Assembly (NCBI GenBank): GCA_027064515.1
Contig: JAMOPL010000153.1
Span: 6,125 to 70,124 of the forward strand
Direction: 5' to 3'
DNA length: 64,000 nt
Source: Sulfurimonas sp.
Lineage (GTDB): Bacteria; Campylobacterota; Campylobacteria; Campylobacterales; Sulfurimonadaceae
Part shown: positions 51,374-62,533 of the stretch, one piece after another
Position numbering within the stretch: the first letter of the stretch is position 1
How the letters are laid out: the number at the start of each line of letters is the position of its first letter
Position numbers and translations under genes: made by a program
The notes under the pieces: generated by a model
Database searches by the model: none
The model's input: the letters and a program-made list of their open reading frames with translations, nothing else
Told to the model about the DNA's origin: nothing

Positions 51374-52372
51374 TTAAGCTTGTCCAGCTTCTATTTTCTT
51401 TTTTAATGCAATTACAACATCATCTGATAAATCAGCACCAACTGCAAAACCAAACTCTTGCACTTTTTCTACGATTTCATCATATGATTTTTTACCAAGG
51501 TTCTTAACATTTTTTAAGTCATTAGTACTCATTAAAGTTATTTCACCAATTAGTTTAATGTTTGAACGATCAAGACAGTTAAAACTTCTTGCGCTTAAAC
51601 CTAAGCTATCGATATGTGTAGTTAATTTTTTAAGATCAGGATTTTCTTCAACTCTTTCAATAGTAGTTGGAGCTTTAATACTAATCTCACTATTAAATAC
51701 AGCAAGTTGAGCATACATTACTTCTAATGAGTTTCTAAATGCATCTAATGGTGTAATTTGACCATCAGTTTTAATATTTAAAATTACTCTTTCAAAGTTA
51801 GGGTTGTCTTCTACAAGAACATTCTCAATCTTGTATGTAACACTACGAACAGGAGTAAAATAAGCATCTAATGCTATATAACCATCTTCCAATTCATCAT
51901 GAGTATCTTCACTAGGTACATATCCTATACCTTTTGCTATCTTAATTGTGAAATTAAGAGTAGAATCTTCATTTAAAGTTGCAAGATGAGCATCAGGAGT
52001 TATAACTTCTGTTTCATCATTACTAAGGTTACTACCTGTAATAATACATGGACCAGTAAAATTATAATTAACTTCTGTTTCTGTTGCTTCATCATTAAGT
52101 TTAAATCGAATCTCTTTAAGATTTAAAATAAAGTCAGAAATATCTTCAAGCATACCACGCACAGAGTCAAACTCGTGCTTAGCACCCTCGATTTTTATAG
52201 CAATCGGAGCATAACCAACTGAACTACTTAATAAAAAACGGCGAAGTGGATGAGCTAAAGAGATAGCATAACCTGTTTCAAAAGGAAATGCCATAATGTT
52301 AGCTTCATTTTCACTAATATGTTCTACCTCAAACTCTTGTGGAGCAAGTGGAGCAGTTTTAATTTTTTTCAT
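51374..52372 (-). CDS. rpoA: RNA polymerase alpha subunit
   Basis: [34 protein letters not shown]. Confidence 0.98.
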   Translation of the reverse strand: MKKIKTAPLAPQEFEVEHISENEANIMAFPFETGYAISLAHPLRRFLLSSSVGYAPIAIKIEGAKHEFDSVRGMLEDISDFILNLKEIRFKLNDEATETEVNYNFTGPCIITGSNLSNDETEVITPDAHLATLNEDSTLNFTIKIAKGIGYVPSEDTHDELEDGYIALDAYFTPVRSVTYKIENVLVEDNPNFERVILNIKTDGQITPLDAFRNSLEVMYAQLAVFNSEISIKAPTTIERVEENPDLKKLTTHIDSLGLSARSFNCLDRSNIKLIGEITLMSTNDLKNVKNLGKKSYDEIVEKVQEFGFAVGADLSDDVVIALKKKIEAGQA

Positions 52373-52391
52373 TCTAAACGCCTTTTATTTA

Positions 52392-53018
52392 TTATTTCGA
52401 GTAAAGTTCAACGATTAAACGCTCTTCAACTGGAATAACAACTTCTTCACGCTCTGGTAAACGTGTAAAGATACCAAATACTTTATCAGCATCAATATCA
52501 ATCCATGGAGCTAAACCAGTTTGGTTAGTTAATTCCATAGCACGAATGATTTGTACATTCGTTTTACTTGATTCACGAACTTCTATTTTTTGACCAACTT
52601 TAACGCGGTAAGAAGGGATATCAAGTTTTTTACCATCTACTAAAAGATGACCATGAGTAACAAGTTGTCTAGCAAAACGACGAGTTGAAGCAAAACCCAT
52701 ACGATAAACAACGTTATCAAGTCTAGTTTCAATTAAAGTGATAAGGTTTGTACCTGTATTACCATCTCTTCTTTTTGCTTCAACAAATAATGCACGGAAT
52801 TGTTTTTCAGAAACACCATACATGAATTTTGCTTTTTGCTTTTCATTAAGTTGTAAACCATACTCAGAAACTTTCTTACGACGCTGACCATGTTGACCAG
52901 GACCATAAGGTCTTTTTTCTAATGCAGATTTACCTGCTAAACGACGCTCACCTTTAAGGTTAAGACTTACACCGAATCTTCTTTCGATCTTCTCTACTGG
53001 ACCTCTATATCTTGCCAT
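52392..53018 (-). CDS. rpsD: 30S ribosomal protein S4
   Basis: [36 protein letters not shown]. Confidence 0.98.
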   Translation of the reverse strand: MARYRGPVEKIERRFGVSLNLKGERRLAGKSALEKRPYGPGQHGQRRKKVSEYGLQLNEKQKAKFMYGVSEKQFRALFVEAKRRDGNTGTNLITLIETRLDNVVYRMGFASTRRFARQLVTHGHLLVDGKKLDIPSYRVKVGQKIEVRESSKTNVQIIRAMELTNQTGLAPWIDIDADKVFGIFTRLPEREEVVIPVEERLIVELYSK

Positions 53019-53029
53019 CAGTAATCTCC

Positions 53030-53422
53030 TTAAACTCTACGACGTTTAGGCGCGCGACAACCGTTATGTGGTAATGGTGTAACATCTTTCATAAATGTAA
53101 CACGGATTCCTTCGATTGCACCAACAGCTTTAACCGCAGTTTCACGACCTGAACCAGGACCTTGAACTTTAATACCAAGTTCTTTAATTCCATGTATTTG
53201 TGCTTTTGCAACTGCATCTTCAGTAGCAGCTTGTGCAGCAAATGGAGTTGACTTTTTAGAACCCTTGAAACCAAGTGAACCAGCAGAACTCCAAGCAATC
53301 ATGTTACCCATCTCATCTGTAATTGTTACAAGTGTATTATTAAATGATGCAGCAATGTGGCAAATACCACGTGCAATATTCTTTTTTACTACTTTTTTTC
53401 TAACAGCTTTTCTTTTTGCCAT
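53030..53422 (-). CDS. rpsK: 30S ribosomal protein S11
   Basis: [29 protein letters not shown]. Confidence 0.98.
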   Translation of the reverse strand: MAKRKAVRKKVVKKNIARGICHIAASFNNTLVTITDEMGNMIAWSSAGSLGFKGSKKSTPFAAQAATEDAVAKAQIHGIKELGIKVQGPGSGRETAVKAVGAIEGIRVTFMKDVTPLPHNGCRAPKRRRV

Positions 53423-53433
53423 AATTTAATTCC

Positions 53434-53796
53434 TTATGCTGCGCCGACAGTTTTACGTTTACCCTTACGAGTACGCGCATTTGTCTTTGTTTTTTGACCA
53501 CGACATGGAAGACCACGACGGTGACGAAGACCTCTATATGAACCTAAATCCATAAGAGCTTTAATATCCATTGCAACTTTCTTACGAAGATCACCTTCAA
53601 CCATATGGTTAGCACGGATTTCTGCAGTTATAGCTGCTACATCTTCTTGAGTTAGTTCAAATACTCTTTTGTTATAGTCTATGCCAGTTGCATCTAAAAT
53701 TAGACGAGAAGCATGTAAACCAATACCATAGACATATGTTAAACCATATTCTATTCTTTTCTTTTTAGGTAAATCTACACCAGAAATACGAGCCAT
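53434..53796 (-). CDS. rpsM: 30S ribosomal protein S13
   Basis: [28 protein letters not shown]. Confidence 0.98.
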   Translation of the reverse strand: MARISGVDLPKKKRIEYGLTYVYGIGLHASRLILDATGIDYNKRVFELTQEDVAAITAEIRANHMVEGDLRKKVAMDIKALMDLGSYRGLRHRRGLPCRGQKTKTNARTRKGKRKTVGAA

Positions 53797-53798
53797 GG

Positions 53799-53912
53799 TT
53801 ATCCTTGTCTCTGTTTATGTTTTTTAACTTTGCAGATTACTCTAACAATGCCTTTTCTCTTAACAACTTTACAGTCGTCACACATCTTCTTAACTGAAGC
53901 TCTTACTTTCAT
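53799..53912 (-). CDS. rpmJ: 50S ribosomal protein L36 (zinc-binding C+ type)
   Basis: Manual translation [37 protein letters not shown]; too short for the ORF track. Confidence 0.97.
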   Translation of the reverse strand: MKVRASVKKMCDDCKVVKRKGIVRVICKVKKHKQRQG

Positions 53913-53933
53913 AGAAAGTCCTTTTATTTATCT

Positions 53934-54093
53934 AATAAGGTCCGAACAGGTCCGAACCTTATCTTAATTAAAGTATAATTTTAATTAAATCTTTGCTGCA
54001 CTTAGGCGAACAATAGTTAGCTTGCCAATACTTTTATCTTTATAGAGACTATATAGATAGAAATACTCAACTGTTATGTTAAAACAGCAAAGC
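53934..54093 (-). ncRNA. Candidate structured 5' leader RNA of the alpha operon
   Basis: Three consecutive stem-loops between a TATAAT box (54102-54107) and the rpmJ RBS. Confidence 0.5.
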
Positions 54094-54181
54094 GAATATT
54101 GATTATACTGAAACTTATTTAAAAGTATTATTAAAGGATGAAATTTATGTGATTTTTTGGAGTTATATGTGGAATATTATG

Positions 54182-54219
54182 ATAACTTTGGTATGTAGAA
54201 AACTACATACCAAAGTTAT
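54182..54219 (-). terminator. Terminator after dnaK
   Basis: ataactttggtatgtag-aaaa-ctacataccaaagttat perfect 17-bp stem. Confidence 0.8.
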
Positions 54220-54233
54220 TTTAGAGATAAAAC

Positions 54234-56120
54234 TTATTCTATCTCAGCATCGATAACATCTTCGTCATCTTTTTTCTTTTTCGCATCAGCTGCAGCAGCT
54301 TCTGGGTTTTGTTCTTTTTTATACATCTCTTCAGCCATTTTATGTGCAGCTTCAGTTAATGCTTTTACTTTCTCTTCGATTTGCTCTTTAGTAGCAGTCT
54401 CATCTTTTAAAGTATCTTTCAAATCTGTTGTAGCAGTTTCAATTTTAGCTTTCTCTCCAGCTTCTAGTTTATCACCCATCTCTGTAACTGATTTTTCAGT
54501 TTGAGCGATTAGTGCATCAGCTTGGTTTCTTAAATCAACAAGTGCTTTTCTCTCTTCATCTTTTGCTTTGTTTTCTTCAGCATCTTGAACCATTTTGTTA
54601 ATCTCTTCTTCACTTAATCCTGATGATCCAGAGATTGTGATTGATTGAGATTTACCAGTACCTTTATCAGTTGAAGAAACAGTTAAGATACCATTTGCAT
54701 CGATGTCAAAAGTTACTTCGATTTGAGGAACACCTCTTGGAGCAGCTGGGATATCACCTAGTTCAAATAGACCTAGAGATTTATTATCTTTAGCAAATTC
54801 TCTCTCACCTTGAACAACTGAGATAGATACAGCTGGTTGGTTATCTTCAGCAGTTGAGAAAACTTGAGATTTTTTAACTGGGATTGTTGTACCTTTTTCG
54901 ATAATTTTAGTAGCAACACCACCTAAAGTCTCAATACCTAGTGATAATGGAGTAACATCTAAAAGAAGAACATCTTTAACATCTCCTCTTAATACACCAC
55001 CTTGAATAGCAGCACCAGCAGCAACAACTTCATCAGGGTTTACACCTTTATTTAGGTCTTTTCCACCGAAGTATTTAGAAACAGCTTCTTGAGCAGCAGG
55101 AACACGAGTTGAACCACCAACCATAATAATCTCTTTGATTTCATTAGCATCTAAATCAGATTCTTTCATAGCAACTTTAATATGCTCAATAGTTTCATCA
55201 ATCAGATCAGCAATCATAGCTTCAAATTTAGCACGAGTAAGTTTTACAACTAAATGTTGTGGCCCAGCTTCTGTCATAGTGATAAATGGTAAGTTAATTT
55301 CAGTTTCAGTTGCACTTGAAAGTTCTTTTTTAGCATTTTCAGCAGAATCTTTAAGTCTTTGAAGAGCCATTTTATCATTTTTAAGCTCAATACCGTGAGA
55401 AGATTTAAACTCATCATTTAAAAAATCAACGATTTTATTATCAAAATCATCACCACCTAAGAAAGCATTACCATCAGTTGAAAGAACTTCAAAAGTACCA
55501 TCAGAAATCTCTAAAGTTGTAACATCAAATGTACCACCACCAAGATCGTAAACAAGTACATTTTCTTCAGTTTTAGAATCAAGACCATAAGCAAGTGCAG
55601 ACGCAGTTGGTTCATTGATGATTCTTAGTACATTAAGACCAGCGATAGTACCAGCATCTTTAGTTGCTTTTCTTTGTGCATCATTAAAGTAGGCAGGAAC
55701 TGTAATAACAGCATCACTAACACTTGAACCAATATAAGCTTCAGCATCCTCTTTTAGTTTAGAAAGAATCTTAGCAGAAATCTCTTGTGGAGTGTAGATT
55801 TTACCAGCTACATCAACACAAGCAGCACCATCTTTATCTACTATATTATAAGTTACTTTATCGTGAGCAGCTTTAGCATTTTCTTCATTCATCATAAGAC
55901 CCATAATTCTTTTGATAGAAGAGATTGTTTTCTCAGGATTTGTAATAGCTTGTCTTTTTGCTGGATCACCAACTAAAACATCACCTTTATCTGTGAAAGC
56001 AACTACTGATGGAGTTGTGTTTTTACCCTCTGCATTAGGGATGATTTTCGCTTCACCACCCTCATAAACTGCTACACATGAATTTGTTGTTCCTAAATCT
56101 ATTCCGATTACTTTTGACAT
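54234..56120 (-). CDS. dnaK: Chaperone DnaK (Hsp70)
   Basis: [43 protein letters not shown]. Confidence 0.99.
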   Translation of the reverse strand: MSKVIGIDLGTTNSCVAVYEGGEAKIIPNAEGKNTTPSVVAFTDKGDVLVGDPAKRQAITNPEKTISSIKRIMGLMMNEENAKAAHDKVTYNIVDKDGAACVDVAGKIYTPQEISAKILSKLKEDAEAYIGSSVSDAVITVPAYFNDAQRKATKDAGTIAGLNVLRIINEPTASALAYGLDSKTEENVLVYDLGGGTFDVTTLEISDGTFEVLSTDGNAFLGGDDFDNKIVDFLNDEFKSSHGIELKNDKMALQRLKDSAENAKKELSSATETEINLPFITMTEAGPQHLVVKLTRAKFEAMIADLIDETIEHIKVAMKESDLDANEIKEIIMVGGSTRVPAAQEAVSKYFGGKDLNKGVNPDEVVAAGAAIQGGVLRGDVKDVLLLDVTPLSLGIETLGGVATKIIEKGTTIPVKKSQVFSTAEDNQPAVSISVVQGEREFAKDNKSLGLFELGDIPAAPRGVPQIEVTFDIDANGILTVSSTDKGTGKSQSITISGSSGLSEEEINKMVQDAEENKAKDEERKALVDLRNQADALIAQTEKSVTEMGDKLEAGEKAKIETATTDLKDTLKDETATKEQIEEKVKALTEAAHKMAEEMYKKEQNPEAAAADAKKKKDDEDVIDAEIE

Positions 56121-56164
56121 ATTATTTCCTTATTTTTTTTATTTAATATTTTATTTGTTACGAA

Positions 56165-56728
56165 TTAATTCGCTACGATTACCATCGCTTCTCTAAGAGG
56201 GCGATTTTTATATTTGTATCCTGTTTGGAAAGTTTGAACAATTTGCCCAGACTCTACATCCTTGCTATCTATCGCTTGAATAGCATTGTGGATATTTGGA
56301 TCAAATGGCTCATCATGTTTTACCATGCTAACACCATGTTTATCTAATTGAGTAAGAAAAGACTTATGAGTAAGTTCAATTCCCTCTTTTAGTTTATCAA
56401 AAAGTTCAGCTTTATCTGCATTACCTTCTACTGATTTCATCGCACCATCAAGTGCATCAAGTACAGGAATCATATCTTTTGCAAATTTTTCATTTGCATA
56501 TTCAACTGCTGTATATTTTTCTCTTTCAAGTCTTTTTTTGATATTATCAAAATCAGCATGAACACGAGCATATTTATCTTTTAACTCAGCCATCTCAGCT
56601 TGTAAAAGATCAAATTCATTTTCAACAGCTTCAGCTTCAGCCTCAGCTTCTTCATTGGTTACTTCTGCATTTTCCTCTTCATTTTTTTGAGGTTTAGTTT
56701 GTAATTCTTCGTCAGTTTGTTTAGACAT
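56165..56728 (-). CDS. grpE: Nucleotide exchange factor GrpE
   Basis: ADFDNIKKR, FDPNIHNA, GY...RPLR.AMV. Confidence 0.97.
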   Translation of the reverse strand: MSKQTDEELQTKPQKNEEENAEVTNEEAEAEAEAVENEFDLLQAEMAELKDKYARVHADFDNIKKRLEREKYTAVEYANEKFAKDMIPVLDALDGAMKSVEGNADKAELFDKLKEGIELTHKSFLTQLDKHGVSMVKHDEPFDPNIHNAIQAIDSKDVESGQIVQTFQTGYKYKNRPLREAMVIVAN

Positions 56729-56766
56729 AATTATTAAATCACTCCTTTTAATTAAAAGTTACGAGT

Positions 56767-56795
56767 ATTATACATATTGAGTGTAACAATGTCAA
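56767..56795 (-). promoter_or_regulatory. Consensus RpoD promoter of grpE-dnaK
   Basis: Minus strand TTGACA-ttgttacactcaatatg(17 nt)-TATAAT. Confidence 0.8.
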
Positions 56796-56796
56796 G
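56776..56796. promoter_or_regulatory. HAIR-like HspR operator 1
   Basis: attgagt-N7-tgtcaag versus the HAIR consensus CTTGAGT-N7-ACTCAAG; overlaps the -35 and spacer. Confidence 0.6.
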
Positions 56797-56825
56797 TAAA
56801 AGTTAAATAATAATAATTAGATAAG

Positions 56826-56845
56826 CTTAGTCTATCTCTATCAAG
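56826..56845. promoter_or_regulatory. HAIR-like HspR operator 2
   Basis: cttagtctatctctatcaag (reverse cttgatagagatagactaag), an imperfect HAIR-like inverted repeat. Confidence 0.5.
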
Positions 56846-56908
56846 TACATTAAATCTGATTATTAACTATATTTTTGTATTATGCAATAAAATATTTTGG
56901 AGACAATT

Positions 56909-58396
56909 ATGAAAGTATTAAGTTGGATTCTTGGATTAATAATTACATTATTGACTAGTATATATGTATTAGCATTTACACCTATTGGAAACTCTATTCT
57001 AGCACCAATTTTAGAAAATAAGATTAATGAACTAGGGAAATTAAATAGTAAATTAGCTACTTTTACTCTTACAATGGATGAGTTTGAGATACTTTTTGAA
57101 TTAGATAATTCAAACTCTATATACTCTAAAGGAACATATTCTCTATTTTCAAAAAGTGTTGATTTGAATTATGATATTAAATTAGGTAAGCTTGAAAATT
57201 TGCAAGAGTTACTAAAAGCTCAAGTAAAAGGTGCATTTAATACAAATGGAACTGTAAAAGGTAACTTAGAGTTAATTAAAATAGATGGTAGTAGTGATTT
57301 AGCAAAAAGTGATACTATATATAATGTAGAACTAACTGAATTTAACCCAACATCAATTATAGCTAAGGTTAAAAATGCAAACTTAGCTTTGTTATTAGAG
57401 ATGGTAGGTCAAAAAGCATATGCAAATGCTGGTTTAAATCTTGATGTAAATCTAAAAAATATTAAGCCTCATCAACTTGATGGAGATTTGAAATTAACAA
57501 CAGTCAATGGTAAAATAAATTCAAAAATTGTTAATAAAGATTTTAATCTTACAATGCCTAAATCAAAGTTTAGTTTGAATCTTGACACTAAACTAAATAA
57601 TGATTTAGTAAATTCTAAATTAGATTTAAAATCATCTATCGCTAATTTCCATATTAAAAAAGCAATTTTAAATACAAATGATAACTCAATAGTTAGTGAC
57701 TATAAAATCTATATATCAAATCTAAATAATCTTTATTTTGTAACTAAGCAAAAAATGAGAGGTTCATTTAGTGCAAATGGTGAACTAAAAAAAGGTAAAG
57801 ATTTAGATTTAAGTGTTCATTCAAAAATTGCTGATGGTAAGATAGATGCAAAATTACATAATGATGATTTACATGCTGATATTAAGTCTGTACAAACTTT
57901 AAAGGTTTTACATATATTGTACTATCCAGAAGTTTTCAAATCATCTTTAAATGCTAAATTGGATTATAATTTAGTAAAACAAAAAGGTAGGTTTAATGGT
58001 AATTTACTTGATGGAAAATTTACTCAAAATCAGATGTTAAATCTACTTAGAGATGTTGCAAAAATAAATCTTTATAAAGAGAATTTTAAGGGTGATGTGA
58101 GTGCTGATATTAATAAAGAAAATATATTAGCTTCTTTAAATTTTAAGTCAAATAAATCATCAATAACAACTAAAAATTCTAAGATAAATAGTAAAACTAA
58201 AGCAGTAGATTCTAAAATAGATATTATTGCTAACAAAAATCCTTTAACTGTTAAAATAACAGGAACTACTGATAAACCAAAGATAGATTTAGATGCTTCA
58301 GCTCTTATCAAGTCGCAAGTAAAAGGTGAGATAAATAAACAGATAGATAAAAAATTAAAAGGGGAAGTAGGAGACTTATTAAAAAGTCTTTTCTAA
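56909..58396 (+). CDS. AsmA/TamB-like repetitive beta-groove envelope protein
   Basis: N-terminal TM followed by FTPIG, repetitive amphipathic beta strands, C-terminal ITGT..KPKI..D and helical tail; GGAG RBS before ATG 56909. Confidence 0.65.
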   Translation: MKVLSWILGLIITLLTSIYVLAFTPIGNSILAPILENKINELGKLNSKLATFTLTMDEFEILFELDNSNSIYSKGTYSLFSKSVDLNYDIKLGKLENLQELLKAQVKGAFNTNGTVKGNLELIKIDGSSDLAKSDTIYNVELTEFNPTSIIAKVKNANLALLLEMVGQKAYANAGLNLDVNLKNIKPHQLDGDLKLTTVNGKINSKIVNKDFNLTMPKSKFSLNLDTKLNNDLVNSKLDLKSSIANFHIKKAILNTNDNSIVSDYKIYISNLNNLYFVTKQKMRGSFSANGELKKGKDLDLSVHSKIADGKIDAKLHNDDLHADIKSVQTLKVLHILYYPEVFKSSLNAKLDYNLVKQKGRFNGNLLDGKFTQNQMLNLLRDVAKINLYKENFKGDVSADINKENILASLNFKSNKSSITTKNSKINSKTKAVDSKIDIIANKNPLTVKITGTTDKPKIDLDASALIKSQVKGEINKQIDKKLKGEVGDLLKSLF

Positions 58397-58401
58397 ATAA
58401 T

Positions 58402-60498
58402 ATGTTAAATTTAAAAAATCCAGATTTATATAATAACCGTGAACTATCATGGTTACAGTTCAATACAAGAGTTTTAAAACAGGCACAAGATGAATCTTTA
58501 CCATTGCTAGAAAGGTTGAAATTTTTAGCGATATATGGAACTAATTTAGATGAGTTTTATATGATTCGTGTTGCAGGTTTAAAAAAGCTTTTTTCTGTTG
58601 GCGTTATTGTTTCAGGGGCAGATAAGTTGACGCCACTTGAACAACTAAAAGAGATAAGAAAGTATCTTCATCAGGAACAAAAAGTTGTAGAACATTGTAT
58701 GGTGTCTATACTAAAAAATTTAGAAGCAGAGGGTATAAGTGTAAAATCTTATGATGATGTTAATCAAAATGAAAAAAATAGACTTACTAAATATTTTAAA
58801 GAAAATATTTACCCTGTAATTATTCCTATTGCTATCGATTTTACCCATCCATTTCCACACTTAAATAATTTAAGTTTTGGTCTTATTGTAAAATTGATTG
58901 ATAATGATGATAGTTCTATTGAAAGATTTGGAATCATTCGTGTTCCGCGTGTGTTGAGTAGATTTATAGAGCTAGACAGTGGTATTTATGTAACTATTGA
59001 ATCTTTAGTTGCTCAACATGTAGAGGATCTATTTCCTGGATATACATTAATTAAATATGCATCATTTAGAGTTACAAGAAATGCAGATATGGAGATTCAA
59101 GAGGAGGAAGCTGATGACTTTATGGAGATACTTGAAGAGGGACTAAAATTAAGAAGAAAAGGGGAGATGGTAAGATTAGAGATTGGAAGTAATGGAGATG
59201 AAGAGATAATCAACTTCTTTAATCGTCATACTAATGTATTTGTAGATGATATATATGAATTTAATATATTTTTAAATCTTTCTAGTCTTTGGCAAATTGT
59301 TTCAAATAAAAATTTTGCTCATCTATTATCGGCACCATTTAAACCAAAAAGTTTACCACCTTTTGATTCTAATGAAAATATTTTTTCAATATTAGAAAAA
59401 CAAGATATTTTACTTTATCACCCTTATGAAAGTTTTGAACCAGTAGTAAAATTAATTCAATCAGCTTCAATTGATCCAGATGTTGTTTCAATTAAAATGA
59501 CACTTTATCGCTCAGGAACAAACTCTCCTATTGTTCATGCACTTATGAATGCTAGTGAAGCAGGAAAACAAGTAACTGTAATGGTTGAGTTAAAAGCAAG
59601 ATTTGATGAAGAGAACAACCTAATTTGGGCAAAAGCACTTGAACAAGCTGGTGCTCATGTTATATATGGTATCAAAGGTTTCAAAGTTCATGCAAAAGCA
59701 GCATTAATTACAAGAAGAAAGAATGGAAAATTAAAACAGTATGCTCATGTTGGAACAGGAAATTATAACCCTGCAACTGCAAAAATTTATACAGATTTGA
59801 GTTATTTGACAAGTAAGGATGAGATTACTAATGATTTAACAAGATTCTTTCACTTTTTAACAGGATTTAGTAAAAAAGGTAAACTTGATGAACTATATAT
59901 GTCCCCATCACAGATAAAACCTAAGATTCTTTCACTAATTAATAATGAAACAAGAAAAGGTAAAGATGGTGAAATTATTGCAAAAATAAATTCTCTTGTA
60001 GATGAAGATGTGATTCGAGCATTGTATAAAGCTAGTCAAGCTGGAGTTAAAATAAACCTTATAGTTCGTGGAATCTGTTGTTTAAAACCAAATATAAAGG
60101 GTGTAAGTGAAAATATTAGGGTAATTTCTATTTTAGGAAAATATTTAGAACATCCAAGAACTTTTTATTTTAAAAATGATGAGAAAGAAGTGTATATATC
60201 AAGTGCTGACTGGATGCCTAGAAATCTTGTCAGAAGAATCGAATTACTTACTGGGATTAAGGATAAAGCATCTCGAGATAAAGTAAAACAAATTCTTAAA
60301 CTACAATGTTCTGATAATAATTTAGCTCATGAACTACAAAGTGATGGATCATATATCAAAGTTAAAAAAGCTGAAAATAAATCTATAAATAACCATAAAC
60401 TTTTAGAAGATTTTGTAAATAGAATTGTAAAAGCAACTAAAAAAAGTGATGTTATTGAAGTTTCAAAATTAGCATCTAGATTATTTATTGAGAGTTAA
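58402..60498 (+). CDS. ppk1: Polyphosphate kinase 1
   Basis: [62 protein letters not shown]. Confidence 0.97.
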   Translation: MLNLKNPDLYNNRELSWLQFNTRVLKQAQDESLPLLERLKFLAIYGTNLDEFYMIRVAGLKKLFSVGVIVSGADKLTPLEQLKEIRKYLHQEQKVVEHCMVSILKNLEAEGISVKSYDDVNQNEKNRLTKYFKENIYPVIIPIAIDFTHPFPHLNNLSFGLIVKLIDNDDSSIERFGIIRVPRVLSRFIELDSGIYVTIESLVAQHVEDLFPGYTLIKYASFRVTRNADMEIQEEEADDFMEILEEGLKLRRKGEMVRLEIGSNGDEEIINFFNRHTNVFVDDIYEFNIFLNLSSLWQIVSNKNFAHLLSAPFKPKSLPPFDSNENIFSILEKQDILLYHPYESFEPVVKLIQSASIDPDVVSIKMTLYRSGTNSPIVHALMNASEAGKQVTVMVELKARFDEENNLIWAKALEQAGAHVIYGIKGFKVHAKAALITRRKNGKLKQYAHVGTGNYNPATAKIYTDLSYLTSKDEITNDLTRFFHFLTGFSKKGKLDELYMSPSQIKPKILSLINNETRKGKDGEIIAKINSLVDEDVIRALYKASQAGVKINLIVRGICCLKPNIKGVSENIRVISILGKYLEHPRTFYFKNDEKEVYISSADWMPRNLVRRIELLTGIKDKASRDKVKQILKLQCSDNNLAHELQSDGSYIKVKKAENKSINNHKLLEDFVNRIVKATKKSDVIEVSKLASRLFIES

Positions 60499-60499
60499 A

Positions 60500-61027
60500 A
60501 TGTTACATAAATTTAAAGATAAATTACCAGAATTAGGAAATGATACATGGATTGCCCCATCAGCAGATGTAATTGGTAATGTTGTTTGTGGAGATAATTG
60601 CTCAATCTGGTTTGGTTGTGTAGTTCGTGGAGATGTTCATTATATTAAAATAGGTGATAGAGTAAATATTCAAGATTTAAGTATGATTCATGTTACACAT
60701 TATAAAAAAGCTGATAGGAGTGATGGTAATCCAACTATTATTGGGGATGATGTAACTATTGGACATCGTGTTATGCTTCATGGTTGTGAGATAGAACCAG
60801 CTTGTTTAATTGGTATGAGTGCCACTATACTTGATGGAGCAGTGATAGGAAAAGAATCTATTGTTGGTGCTGGTTCTTTAGTAACAAAAAATAAGATTTT
60901 TCCACCTCGTTCATTAATTATGGGATCTCCAGCAAAAGTTATTCGTGAATTAAATGATGATGAAGTGAAAGAACTTTATGCCTCTGCCTCTCGTTATGTA
61001 GAGTTTAAAAAAGATTATCAAGAGTAG
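60500..61027 (+). CDS. Gamma carbonic anhydrase family (hexapeptide repeat) protein
   Basis: RGD, NIQD..MIH, TIGH.V.LHGC, IGMSA. Confidence 0.92.
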   Translation: MLHKFKDKLPELGNDTWIAPSADVIGNVVCGDNCSIWFGCVVRGDVHYIKIGDRVNIQDLSMIHVTHYKKADRSDGNPTIIGDDVTIGHRVMLHGCEIEPACLIGMSATILDGAVIGKESIVGAGSLVTKNKIFPPRSLIMGSPAKVIRELNDDEVKELYASASRYVEFKKDYQE

Positions 61028-61035
61028 TATTCCAG

Positions 61036-62091
61036 ATGCTACTCTATATACATATCCCATTTTGCGATTCTAAGTGTTCATATTGTGCTTTTAACTCTTA
61101 TGTAGATAAATTTCATCTAAAACAAGAGTATATGGATGCACTTTGTAAACAATTAAAATATGAATTAAAAAGATTTAATACCAAACCAAAATCTATAGAA
61201 ACAGTTTTTATTGGTGGTGGTACACCATCTACTATATCTCCTAAACTTTATAAACCAATGTTTGATATTTTATCTCCATATTTAGATTCTAATATAGAGA
61301 TAACAAGTGAAGCTAATCCAAATAGTGCAACAAAAGAGTGGCTAAAAGGGATGAAAGATTTAGGTGTAAATCGTATAAGTTTTGGAGTTCAAAGTTTTAA
61401 TAATGAAAAATTGAAACTTTTAAATAGAGCTCATAATTCAGCTCAAGCGATAGAATCTATTGAAAATGCTAGTGAGATAGGATTTAAAAACATCTCATTA
61501 GACATTATTTATGCTACTTTGGGAGATACAAAAGAGTTACTATCTAATGATATTAAAATTGCTTTCTCACTACCAATAAATCATCTAAGTGCTTATGCTT
61601 TGATAATAGAGGAGGGGACAGCTTTTGAATCAAAACCTCAGATGTCTAGGGAACAATTAGAGATAACTAAATGGTTGTTTGAAACAATAGAATCTAACTC
61701 TTTTAAACAGTATGAGATTAGTAATTTTGGTTCATATAAAAGTACTCATAATCTTGGATATTGGCAATATAAAGACTATATTGGAATCGGAAGTGGAGCA
61801 GTTGGAAAATTGGATTTAGCACGATTCTATCCAAATGTAAATATTGAACAATATATCAAGAATCCTTTAGATATCAGAGTTGAAAACTTAGATGAAGAGG
61901 ATAAAAAAATGGAAAAGATTTTTTTAGGTTTTCGTTCTTGTGTTGGGGTTAGAAAAAATATGTTTACAAAAGATGAGCTAAGTCGTTTAGATATTTTGCT
62001 TGAAGAGAATAAACTCTATTTAAAAGATGACACATTTTATAACTACGATTATCTTTTAGCAGATGAGATAGCACTTTTTATCTCTACTTGA
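61036..62091 (+). CDS. hemW: Radical SAM heme chaperone HemW (HemN-like)
   Basis: LYIHIPFCDSKCSYCAFNS, GGGTPS, EANP, YEISNF, HNLGYW. Confidence 0.9.
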   Translation: MLLYIHIPFCDSKCSYCAFNSYVDKFHLKQEYMDALCKQLKYELKRFNTKPKSIETVFIGGGTPSTISPKLYKPMFDILSPYLDSNIEITSEANPNSATKEWLKGMKDLGVNRISFGVQSFNNEKLKLLNRAHNSAQAIESIENASEIGFKNISLDIIYATLGDTKELLSNDIKIAFSLPINHLSAYALIIEEGTAFESKPQMSREQLEITKWLFETIESNSFKQYEISNFGSYKSTHNLGYWQYKDYIGIGSGAVGKLDLARFYPNVNIEQYIKNPLDIRVENLDEEDKKMEKIFLGFRSCVGVRKNMFTKDELSRLDILLEENKLYLKDDTFYNYDYLLADEIALFIST

Positions 62092-62140
62092 AGTTAATTT
62101 AGCTAAAATCTCGTCTAATTAAATAAAAAAAAGGTTATAT

Positions 62141-62533
62141 ATGTTTGGTTTAGGTTTTGCTGAAATACTTATAATTGCTGTTATCGCTATACTTTTTCTA
62201 GGTCCTGATAAACTTCCTAGTGCAATGGTTGATGTAGCAAAATTTTTTAGACAGGTTAAAAATACGGTTGGAAATGTAAAAGATTCTCTCGAACAAGAGA
62301 TGAATGTTTCAGAGATAAAAGCAGAAGCTCTAGCATATAAAAGAGAACTCCTTGATGCAAAAGAGGAGTTGGCAAAAAAAGCTGATTTGACAAGTTTAGG
62401 AGCTAATCTTACAAGTCTAGATGGTAATATATTAGATGAGATTGAAGAGGATTCTGTTGCAAAAAAACATAAACCTAAAGAAGAAAAAATAACTTTTGAA
62501 AAGAATACTAAAAAAGAGAATGTAGATGTTTGA
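62141..62533 (+). CDS. tatB: Twin-arginine translocase subunit TatB
   Basis: MFGLGFAEILII...LGPDKLP; upstream of tatC. Confidence 0.93.
   Translation: MFGLGFAEILIIAVIAILFLGPDKLPSAMVDVAKFFRQVKNTVGNVKDSLEQEMNVSEIKAEALAYKRELLDAKEELAKKADLTSLGANLTSLDGNILDEIEEDSVAKKHKPKEEKITFEKNTKKENVDV

Noticed and set aside
53991-54093. 6S or SRP RNA identity for the long hairpin
   Set aside because: Too short for 6S and lacks its symmetric central bubble; no SRP GGAA tetraloop domain; its position fits a 5' leader
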